35,931 nucleotides of DNA, taken from positions 1 through 35,931 of the forward strand of contig JAJDBZ010000381.1 of NCBI GenBank assembly GCA_029261095.1, read 5' to 3'. The position numbers and the translations under genes were made by a program. Of this stretch, positions 1-7,335 are shown piece by piece. The DNA is from Candidatus Omnitrophota bacterium. Lineage in GTDB: Bacteria; Hinthialibacterota; Hinthialibacteria; OLB16. The notes under the pieces are model-generated. The model was not told where the DNA came from. It worked only from the letters and a program-made list of their open reading frames with translations, and made no database searches. Each line of letters starts with the position of its first letter. Position 1 is the stretch's first letter.

Positions 1-89
1 ACAGAGGAAAAACGATTCTAACATCGCAAGGTGACTCCCTCTATCCAGTTTGCTAGAGTCGCCCGACATTGCTATGGAGGTGAACTTCG

Positions 90-2273
90 ATGAAATTCGT
101 GTCTTTATTCTCAGTATTGTTATCGCTTCTTCTGGTCTCCACAATTGAAGTATCGTGGGGAGATCTCGATTACCGTCACCCAAGGCCCGCGGGATATCAC
201 GAACCGGACGCGCCGCCGAAAGAGAAGGAACTCACCTTTCAAGACGTATCTAAAAAAGCGAGCCGTTTCTTCGATATGACCGCGACTTTCCCCAAAGGTT
301 CCGCCCCGGAATTTCAAGTCGATCGGGTCGAACTCAATGGAAACCCGATTGATGAATATGTCGTCGAGAACGCCGGCATCTTTAATGGCAACCGCCGTGT
401 CCATGGATTAGAACAATTCGCGGTCTCCCTCGAAGGAGATTGGCAGCTCGCCAAGAAGTATCAGGTCAAGGTGACCGGTAAAGACAGCGCCGGCGAGGTA
501 GTCGAAGTGGCTGTAGCCGGGACCAGCCCCGAAAAGGAGGGCATGAATCCGAGTGTTGGATTCCAACGACCGACCATTGAAGACCCTTACCATCACGCCA
601 ATTTTTCCATCCCCAAGGCGGCGGTCGCATCGGCCACGGTCACGAAGGTTCTGGTGGATGGGGAGGAACACCGCAACTTTCGTGTCTTCCAATCGGGATA
701 CAAAGAGACCGACAAGGGACGTGAGCAGGTTCGCGAGGAGAACTACCATTTCCAAATCGAACCCGGCATGGCCGCCCAAATCCTAGTCACTTGTCATTGG
801 ACCAATGGCTCCGAACACACCGTCAAGGTCTTCTTGCAATCCGAGGAAGGCGAAAAAACTCTTGACGCGACTGGAACCGCACCCGGTAAGGGCGGGTATT
901 GGAACGCGGATTGGCCTCATTTCGTTTCGCTGACACTCCACGAAACTGTCGGATTAATCCGCCAGAAAGAACCGGTGATCGCCACCATCGGCGTCTTCGC
1001 GGACACAGTCACCGACCCGGCCAAGGAACTCCGCGTAGTGGCCTACGATCCAACCCACCCCGAGGCAGAACCGGATGGATACATCACCGCACCCTGTCAA
1101 ATCCTGAGTGTGACCACCTGGAACGACCAGGCGGTGATGGACCTCCCGGATGTGGATGGCGAGACCGGCGAACAGATCCATCGTTACGATCCCACCACAA
1201 CTATCGAATTTGTCTTCGCGGCCGATGTCCTTCCCTACGAGGAAAAGGTCTATCAGGTCCTCTATGGCAATCCGAATGCGGAGGCGATGGAGTACGAAAC
1301 GGAATTCCAGATTACACCCGGCGATAACCTGGGACAGACTGTCGCCGCGGCCGATTACGAAATCGGACTGGCCACCAACAGCGGAGCGGTCGAGACAGTG
1401 ATCATCAAAGGCGAGGGCGATCCGGTCCTTCTCGAACACAAGTTGGAAACCAACGGCGCTGTGCATTGGAACCCCGGCTGTTATGCCCCGCCGACTCCGT
1501 GGGTCCATGTCAGCGATTGGGAGAACCCGGAACTTATGGAACAAACCGGGCCGGTCATGCACCGTCGACGTGTCTATGCACCTCTCCCCCACATGACCGA
1601 TGTCGCGGCCAATGTCTCTTATGAGTTTTATTCGGGCCAACCCTACATCATTCAGGAATCGCTGATGGAGGTCATGAAAGACATCTTCGTGAAGGCGCTC
1701 CGCAACGGCGAGATCGTTTTTAATCATGCCGTTCTCAATGAGTTCGTATGGAAGGATGCTCTCGGGGTCGTTCAAAGTCTGGAGATTGAAGGATCTCGCG
1801 AACACCCGATCCATGCTTTGGAGGTTCCCGCCGATGTGGAGTGGATGGCATTTATCAATCGCAAGGAAAAGGTCGGGTTCGCCTCCATCACTTTGGACTA
1901 CTTGAACACCAATCGTTACGGCGACCTCGCCTCGGAGGCCCAACCCTATTTTTACGTTCAGAATGGTCCCTGGATTTATTGGTCCAGACCGCTGGTCTAC
2001 CCCTTCGGAACCAACAACCTGACTCGCATGATGCCGGCGAGGAATGGAAGTCTTTACTACGAGAAAAATGCCTGGGTGCCATTCCGCCTGGGTGATGAAG
2101 ACCCGTTCAAATCTCTTGAAGAAACTGAGAAGCGACTGCGCAACCCACTGCATGTCCATGAATGGATGGGGACCGATAACCGAACCCCCGATCATTGGAT
2201 CATGCCTCTCCTAACCGCCCCCTTCGATGAAGGCGTTTCCGGGGCGAAGGGCAGTCAGAAGGAGGAGGAATAG
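90..2273 (+). CDS. Secreted protein of unknown function (two repeated N-terminal beta modules plus a C-terminal beta-rich domain); paralog of the next gene
   Basis: 727-aa ORF, RBS GGAGGTGA upstream, N-terminal signal peptide. Shares ordered motifs with 2276..4030 (LHETVGLIRQKEPV, AVHWNP, LRNGEIV, EKNAWVPF). Confidence 0.8.
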   Translation: MKFVSLFSVLLSLLLVSTIEVSWGDLDYRHPRPAGYHEPDAPPKEKELTFQDVSKKASRFFDMTATFPKGSAPEFQVDRVELNGNPIDEYVVENAGIFNGNRRVHGLEQFAVSLEGDWQLAKKYQVKVTGKDSAGEVVEVAVAGTSPEKEGMNPSVGFQRPTIEDPYHHANFSIPKAAVASATVTKVLVDGEEHRNFRVFQSGYKETDKGREQVREENYHFQIEPGMAAQILVTCHWTNGSEHTVKVFLQSEEGEKTLDATGTAPGKGGYWNADWPHFVSLTLHETVGLIRQKEPVIATIGVFADTVTDPAKELRVVAYDPTHPEAEPDGYITAPCQILSVTTWNDQAVMDLPDVDGETGEQIHRYDPTTTIEFVFAADVLPYEEKVYQVLYGNPNAEAMEYETEFQITPGDNLGQTVAAADYEIGLATNSGAVETVIIKGEGDPVLLEHKLETNGAVHWNPGCYAPPTPWVHVSDWENPELMEQTGPVMHRRRVYAPLPHMTDVAANVSYEFYSGQPYIIQESLMEVMKDIFVKALRNGEIVFNHAVLNEFVWKDALGVVQSLEIEGSREHPIHALEVPADVEWMAFINRKEKVGFASITLDYLNTNRYGDLASEAQPYFYVQNGPWIYWSRPLVYPFGTNNLTRMMPARNGSLYYEKNAWVPFRLGDEDPFKSLEETEKRLRNPLHVHEWMGTDNRTPDHWIMPLLTAPFDEGVSGAKGSQKEEE

Positions 2274-2275
2274 CC

Positions 2276-4030
2276 ATGACTTTGCGGAAAACCTTACTCA
2301 CGCTCCTGGTCTTCGCGCTCTCACCCGTGGCTTGGGGAGAAGAGAAAGTCATCTTCGCCGAACAAGGGCGGGATGTCGGCGATGGCAATGTTCTTTACGA
2401 CACCCCCTACGACCCGAACGCAGTCGAGGAAGTCTCTTTCTATTACCCCACCATCACCCACCCCTTCTATGAAATCGTGGTCCCTCTTGGAGATTGGGAT
2501 GAAGGGAAGTCGGCGACATTGAAGGAAGTCCGTGTCAACGGCGTTTTATGCGAGGCGCCTTATGTCTTTGTGGATGGCTACTCCCATGTGCAGAGTGCAT
2601 GGATCACAAGGGACAGCCCAACCGCGAAGAACGTGGTAATCGTGGCACGTTCCCTTTGGCATAACGATTCCGAAACGAAGATCGAGATGGACATCACCGC
2701 TCAGGATGAGGACGGAGAATCTCAAACCATCACGAAGGAATTCACCGCCACCGCTCCATCGAAGGGAGGCGGTCCCGAAGGTTGGAAGCGGTACCAGTCG
2801 CTCGCCTTACATGAGCAGGTGGGACTCGATCGCGAGAACGAGCCGGTCGAATTCTCACTGGCCGCTCGGGCCGAAAACTGCTGCGATCTCGCGAAAGAAC
2901 TCCGCCTCTTCGAAGTGAGCGAGAAAGGGGATCTCATCCCAGTCGGTGTGCAAACCTTCGACGAGCAATCGTACAAGGGGACCCCGCCGGGAACCTCAAA
3001 CGAGAGCTACCTCCAGCACCCCAGCGAATCGCTTTCGGCGGTTTTTTTGGCGAGTGTCCCAGCCAACGATTCGAAGGTTTTTGTGGCGGTCTATGAAAAC
3101 CCGGACGCTCCCGAACCATCCGCTGTGGAAACCGACTTATCCGTGGAGGGGCCGGCAGTGGGCGCGGTGGTGGAGAACGAGTTCTACCGAGTCAAGCTCG
3201 ATGACAAGTGCGGTCAGATCGTCTCGTTCGAATTGAAGGGGCGTGAGGACAACCCGGCCCCGAAGCTGACCAACTCGCTCAGTTTGGCCGCGCATTGGAA
3301 CCCGGATTCCTTTTCCGACAATGGGAAATGGGGGCACACCTTTGCCTGGGACCCGCCCGAGAAGACGGTGGTTTCCGCGCGAGGTCCGATTCTGTTCCGT
3401 GTCACCAACAGCGGGAGAATGCCCGATTGGACACCACAGGTCCATGCCTCGGTGAGTTACTCCTTCTATGCTTCGAACCCTCATGTCGCGGTGAAAACCA
3501 TTACCGAAGTTCGCGATCCCCTTAACGCCAACGCGATCCGGAACGGCGAACTCGTTCTCGATTCCCACCTCATCACCCACTTCGTTTGGGGTGAACGCAA
3601 TGGAGAGATCCACCAGATTCGCACCGCGCACGGACCGAACTGGCAGGACGAGTGGGGGACACGGGTCGATCAGGATGTCCGGTGGCTGGCAATGACCCAT
3701 GAACTCGACGATTACGGTGTCGGAGTCTCTGTCCAAAACTCGATGGCCTTCAACCCGGAGCGTGGCCAGGCAACCACGCACCGTCCCGCTTACTACCTCT
3801 ACTACCACCACTTCTGGAGTATCCCGGTGACCTACTGTACCCGCGGGTGGCTCTATCCTTTCAGCGATTATCAGCGGGGTCCAAACATCCCCGCTCATCC
3901 TGGATCGACCTATGTGGAGGACTGCGCCTTTGTGCCCTTCTATCTTGGAGAAGAGGGTAGTCGGTACAAAATCATCGAGTCCGTAAGCAAACAGTTGAAA
4001 CATCCTTTGTCGCAGAGGTGGGGCCGTTAG
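2276..4030 (+). CDS. Secreted protein of unknown function, paralog of 90..2273
   Basis: 584-aa ORF starting 2 nt after the previous stop with RBS GGAGGAGG; signal peptide ending AWG; motifs LHEQVGLDRENEPV, AAHWNP, IRNGELV, EDCAFVPF. Confidence 0.8.
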   Translation: MTLRKTLLTLLVFALSPVAWGEEKVIFAEQGRDVGDGNVLYDTPYDPNAVEEVSFYYPTITHPFYEIVVPLGDWDEGKSATLKEVRVNGVLCEAPYVFVDGYSHVQSAWITRDSPTAKNVVIVARSLWHNDSETKIEMDITAQDEDGESQTITKEFTATAPSKGGGPEGWKRYQSLALHEQVGLDRENEPVEFSLAARAENCCDLAKELRLFEVSEKGDLIPVGVQTFDEQSYKGTPPGTSNESYLQHPSESLSAVFLASVPANDSKVFVAVYENPDAPEPSAVETDLSVEGPAVGAVVENEFYRVKLDDKCGQIVSFELKGREDNPAPKLTNSLSLAAHWNPDSFSDNGKWGHTFAWDPPEKTVVSARGPILFRVTNSGRMPDWTPQVHASVSYSFYASNPHVAVKTITEVRDPLNANAIRNGELVLDSHLITHFVWGERNGEIHQIRTAHGPNWQDEWGTRVDQDVRWLAMTHELDDYGVGVSVQNSMAFNPERGQATTHRPAYYLYYHHFWSIPVTYCTRGWLYPFSDYQRGPNIPAHPGSTYVEDCAFVPFYLGEEGSRYKIIESVSKQLKHPLSQRWGR

Positions 4031-4051
4031 AATGGAGAAGTTTCAAATCCG

Positions 4052-5083
4052 ATGAAAGGATCGCTACTCCTGTTCGTTGCGGTATGGGTTCTGCTTGAAG
4101 GGGCGGCCTGTGTCGCGCAGTCGGAATATGAATGGGTCAAGGTCACTCTCGAAGCCCCCTTCGCTCCTCGGGATGGTGCGGGCGCTCTTGTTTTCAAAGA
4201 CCGCATGTGGTTACTCGGCGGGTGGAACCCAAGAGACAAAGAAAACTTCCCAAAAGTCTGCACAAACGATGTCTGGAAATCCACCGATGGACTCCACTGG
4301 AAGTTGGTGAAACCGAACACCTTTGGTCTGTCGGAGTTCAATCCCCAATCGGATTGGGAGGGGAGACACACCGCGGGGTATGTGGTTCATGACAACAAGA
4401 TGTGGATTGTCGGCGGCGACCCGATCCAGGGGCACTATCAAAACGATGTCTGGAACTCGGAGGATGGAAAAACTTGGAAGAGAGTCGCGGGTGAGGTTCC
4501 ATGGGGTCCGAGAGTTCTTCACCATACGCTTGTCTTCAACAACAGAATCTGGGTCATGGGTGGCCAGACACTCCCGCAGTTCGCTCCCGAGGAAGAGAGG
4601 TTCTTTTCCGACATTTGGAACTCCACCGATGGAGTCCATTGGGAAAAGATAGAACCGGTTGATCCCATGTGGTCGGCTCGGGGAATGATCGGCGGTCACG
4701 CAGTCTTCAAGGGCCAAATGTGGATTTTAGGCGGTGGAACCTACGACACCCCGGACCATCCGGACAGAAATTTCTACAACGATGTTTGGAGTTCAGCCGA
4801 TGGAATCCATTGGGAGAAACACACGGATGATGCCGCTTGGAAACCGCGACAATACCACGATGTGGCAGTATTCGATGACAAACTCTGGATTTTGGAGGGC
4901 TGGAACCAGGAGAACCTCAACGACGTGTGGTATTCCGAGAACGGAAACGACTGGCATGAAGTGGTAGACACCCCTTGGGATCCCAGACATGCCGCAAGTC
5001 TCTTCGTCTATGACAACGCTCTTTGGGTGGTGACAGGCAACAACATGCAATCGGATGTCTGGAAACTGGTTAGAGTGGATTGA
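4052..5083 (+). CDS. Secreted kelch-like repeat (beta-propeller) protein
   Basis: Signal peptide, then about six repeats of WxPR..H...VF.+MW(I/V/L)xGG...NDVWxSxDGxxW. Confidence 0.85.
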   Translation: MKGSLLLFVAVWVLLEGAACVAQSEYEWVKVTLEAPFAPRDGAGALVFKDRMWLLGGWNPRDKENFPKVCTNDVWKSTDGLHWKLVKPNTFGLSEFNPQSDWEGRHTAGYVVHDNKMWIVGGDPIQGHYQNDVWNSEDGKTWKRVAGEVPWGPRVLHHTLVFNNRIWVMGGQTLPQFAPEEERFFSDIWNSTDGVHWEKIEPVDPMWSARGMIGGHAVFKGQMWILGGGTYDTPDHPDRNFYNDVWSSADGIHWEKHTDDAAWKPRQYHDVAVFDDKLWILEGWNQENLNDVWYSENGNDWHEVVDTPWDPRHAASLFVYDNALWVVTGNNMQSDVWKLVRVD

Positions 5084-5114
5084 CCGACAAAATCTTCCAC
5101 GTCGGTGCCCCGAC

Positions 5115-5408
5115 CTATTCCACAGCGCAGCGGTAGATGATGCCTTTGGTTGAGAGAGAAACCGTTTTCGGTGCGGGGTGGAATCGAATCTGGGAGTAGA
5201 TCGAATCGAACTCCTCCCATGTGAGTTTGGGTTTGCCAATCGAGTCGGCGGGGGCATGCGGCCCAAACCTCTTTGACCAAGCGTTGTATGCCTTCCACAG
5301 GGGAAGTTGGTCGAGGTCCTGCCATCCGACGCTCATCGCGTACTTGGCGAACTCGAAAACATGTCGTTCCGGCGAGGGCGGCGCTTGTGTCTTCATCGTT
5401 CTTCCCAT
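5115..5408 (-). CDS. Small hypothetical protein
   Basis: 97-aa ORF filling the gap between the kelch gene and the DnaC-like gene, preceded by a TATACT -10 element. No recognisable family; start could be 5396. Confidence 0.5.
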   Translation of the reverse strand: MGRTMKTQAPPSPERHVFEFAKYAMSVGWQDLDQLPLWKAYNAWSKRFGPHAPADSIGKPKLTWEEFDSIYSQIRFHPAPKTVSLSTKGIIYRCAVE

Positions 5409-5445
5409 TTAAAAAGAGTATACATGATTTTTAAACGGGTGTCCG
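5408..5445 (-). promoter_or_regulatory. Putative sigma70-type promoter overlapped by an AT-rich inverted repeat
   Basis: Minus strand CGGACA-N17-TATACT, 8 nt before ATG 5408. TTTAAAAA (5408-5415) and TTTTTAAA (5428-5435) form an inverted repeat around the -10. Confidence 0.4.
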
Positions 5446-5473
5446 GTCGGAAAGGTAATGGTCGGTTAAGAAT

Positions 5474-6247
5474 CTAGAAGGATTTCGAATGTCTTCCGCT
5501 AATTCTGAAATCGATATCGCCTGGATTGACGATGCTGCACATCCCACAGACTCGCGAAAAAACCGGGTAAGTAATTTGTTCCTCAAGTTCTTTCATGTTG
5601 AGGTTGCTGGTCACAATCAGGGTTTTATTTTCCGAATACCTCTGATCGATAATCGAGTAGGTCTGCTCGCGCACAAAATCGCTGAGACGTGTAACCCCCA
5701 GGTCGTCAATCACGAGAATATCGACCGAGACGAGTCGATTCAGACGGGAATTCTCCTCGTCCGAAATCGATCCCCCGACACGGTTCCGAAAATCGCGGAT
5801 CAAGGAAGCGGAGTTGTAAAAAAGTCCGGTGTGCCCTTGTTCGACCAAGTCGATCAACGCAGCAACAGCGAGATGAGTCTTACCTGTTCCAGCCGCACCG
5901 AGCAGGAACAGTCCCCCTTTTTCTGTGGAGACATCGAACTCTTTGACGAATTTTCTGACCCGATGGGAGGCGTTTCTGCGCTGATCGGTATCGGCCTTGA
6001 AATTGTCGAGAGTCTTGGATTGGTATCGTTTGGGAATGTTTGCTTTCTTTAGGCGCTTTCGAATCTGCCGATCGGCCAAACAATGGCAGATCTGAACATC
6101 GTTATCGGATACGATATAACCGTAACCATCACAGTCCGGGCACTCATTCTCGACTGTTTCAGTCGGTCCCCTCTCCGCCAGGGATTGAATATCCCTCAGG
6201 AAGTTCAACACCTTTGGGTCTTCCCCAATCTTTTTGAACTCGTTCAT
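5474..6247 (-). CDS. DnaC/DnaI/IstB-like AAA+ ATPase (putative helicase loader)
   Basis: N-terminal CPDC..CHC Zn motif, IPKRYQSKTLDNF, Walker A GAAGTGKTHLA, Walker B LVIDDLG, IIDQRY, IVTSN, FSRV, GDIDFR. Confidence 0.88.
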   Translation of the reverse strand: MNEFKKIGEDPKVLNFLRDIQSLAERGPTETVENECPDCDGYGYIVSDNDVQICHCLADRQIRKRLKKANIPKRYQSKTLDNFKADTDQRRNASHRVRKFVKEFDVSTEKGGLFLLGAAGTGKTHLAVAALIDLVEQGHTGLFYNSASLIRDFRNRVGGSISDEENSRLNRLVSVDILVIDDLGVTRLSDFVREQTYSIIDQRYSENKTLIVTSNLNMKELEEQITYPVFSRVCGMCSIVNPGDIDFRISGRHSKSF

Positions 6248-6848
6248 CTTTACGGGCGCGCTTCAAATACTTTCGTATCCAACCCAGCGCGGTGACCCCC
6301 TCCTCCCGTGCCGCCGAGAACCCCTTCTCCAGTTGATGAGAGGGATACTGCTCGGCCAATTCCACCAGATCTTCGATGATCCGTGAAGACATTTTAAGGC
6401 CGCAGGTCTTTTCATACAACCGAAGGATTCTTTGGTACTTAGTCTCTCCTTTAGTCTCCTCCCAGTAGCGCCATAACTCGGGACGAGTTGGGAGGTTGAG
6501 TTGTTCGAGAACTTCGGCCATTTCTTCCGGAGATTTGGGGATCGGTAGGGGTGAGGCAATCCGGTACTGATAAAACTCAGCAGACTCCCCGAGATCACGG
6601 ATCTCAATCAACCCCTTTTCCCCGAGGGTTTCAAAGATCTTGTCACCCAGTTCCTTATGGATCCCACAACTGCTCATCCAGTTCAGAGAGTTGTAATCGA
6701 CCCAATCGGGGAAGAGGTTTTGGGCGATGTCTTCCTCCACCAGCCGACGAAAAAAGAGCCAGGCTTGTGGATCGACTTCTTGGTTAAGTTTTTCCGGAAG
6801 ACCCGAAGCCTCGAGCCAACGGGGAAAGCGGAGATAACGTTCGTCCAT
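6159..6848 (-). CDS. DnaD/DnaB_2-domain replication protein with N-terminal winged helix
   Basis: Start chosen at ATG 6848, 1 nt after the ispF stop. N-terminal wHTH-like segment (SCGIHKELGDKIFETLGEKGLIEI); C-terminal LYEKTCGLKMSSRIIEDLVELAEQYPSHQLEKGFSAAREEGVTALGWIRKYL fits the DnaD domain pattern; directly upstream of the DnaC-like gene. Confidence 0.7.
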   Translation of the reverse strand: MDERYLRFPRWLEASGLPEKLNQEVDPQAWLFFRRLVEEDIAQNLFPDWVDYNSLNWMSSCGIHKELGDKIFETLGEKGLIEIRDLGESAEFYQYRIASPLPIPKSPEEMAEVLEQLNLPTRPELWRYWEETKGETKYQRILRLYEKTCGLKMSSRIIEDLVELAEQYPSHQLEKGFSAAREEGVTALGWIRKYLKRARKDERVQKDWGRPKGVELPEGYSIPGGEGTD

Positions 6849-6849
6849 C

Positions 6850-7335
6850 TTACTTACAATACAGGAGCGCGACCGCCTGAGCCACGATCCCCTCTTCCCT
6901 TCCGAGGAATCCCATCTTCTCGTTGGTGGTGGCTTTGATGTTGACACAATCCTTGTGAAGGTTCAGACGGCTCGCCAAATGATCGGCGATCTTCCTTTTG
7001 AATGGACCGAGTTTCGGTTTCTCCGCGATGATCGTCGCATCGATATTGATGGGGTCGAATCCGGCCGCATAGATTTTGTTGAGGGTCTCATCCAACAGAA
7101 TCCCGCTATCGATGCCTCGATACTTTTCATCGGTGGGAGGAAAGTGGTCGCCAATGTCCCCCAGGCAGGCAGCCCCCAAGAGAGCGTCGATGATCGCGTG
7201 GATCAGCACATCCGCATCGGAGTGGCCGACCAGTTCGACCTCGGCGGGTATGTCGATACCCCCGAGCCGCAGCGGACCGCCGGGTTTTAGTTGGTGGGTA
7301 TCGTAGCCGATTCCCACCCGATGATTGAATTTCAT
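6850..7335 (-). CDS. ispF: 2-C-methyl-D-erythritol 2,4-cyclodiphosphate synthase
   Basis: RVGIGYDTH, GHSDADVLIHAIIDALLGA, GDIGDHFP, NIKATTNEKMGFLGREEG. Confidence 0.97.
   Translation of the reverse strand: MKFNHRVGIGYDTHQLKPGGPLRLGGIDIPAEVELVGHSDADVLIHAIIDALLGAACLGDIGDHFPPTDEKYRGIDSGILLDETLNKIYAAGFDPINIDATIIAEKPKLGPFKRKIADHLASRLNLHKDCVNIKATTNEKMGFLGREEGIVAQAVALLYCK

Noticed and set aside
954-2195. 413-aa minus-strand ORF (likewise 3137..4003 and other long antisense ORFs)
   Set aside because: Antisense shadows of well-supported genes with no recognisable motifs.
5083-5106. Terminator after the kelch gene
   Set aside because: Only a 6-bp stem with a 12-nt loop and no U tract.
5474-6247. IS21 IstB helper or prophage
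   Set aside because: No IstA transposase, terminal repeats, integrase or phage structural genes; flanked by housekeeping genes.
6439-6462. Iterons within the DnaD-like gene
   Set aside because: Only two short TTAGTCTC copies, explained by the peptide ETKGETK.
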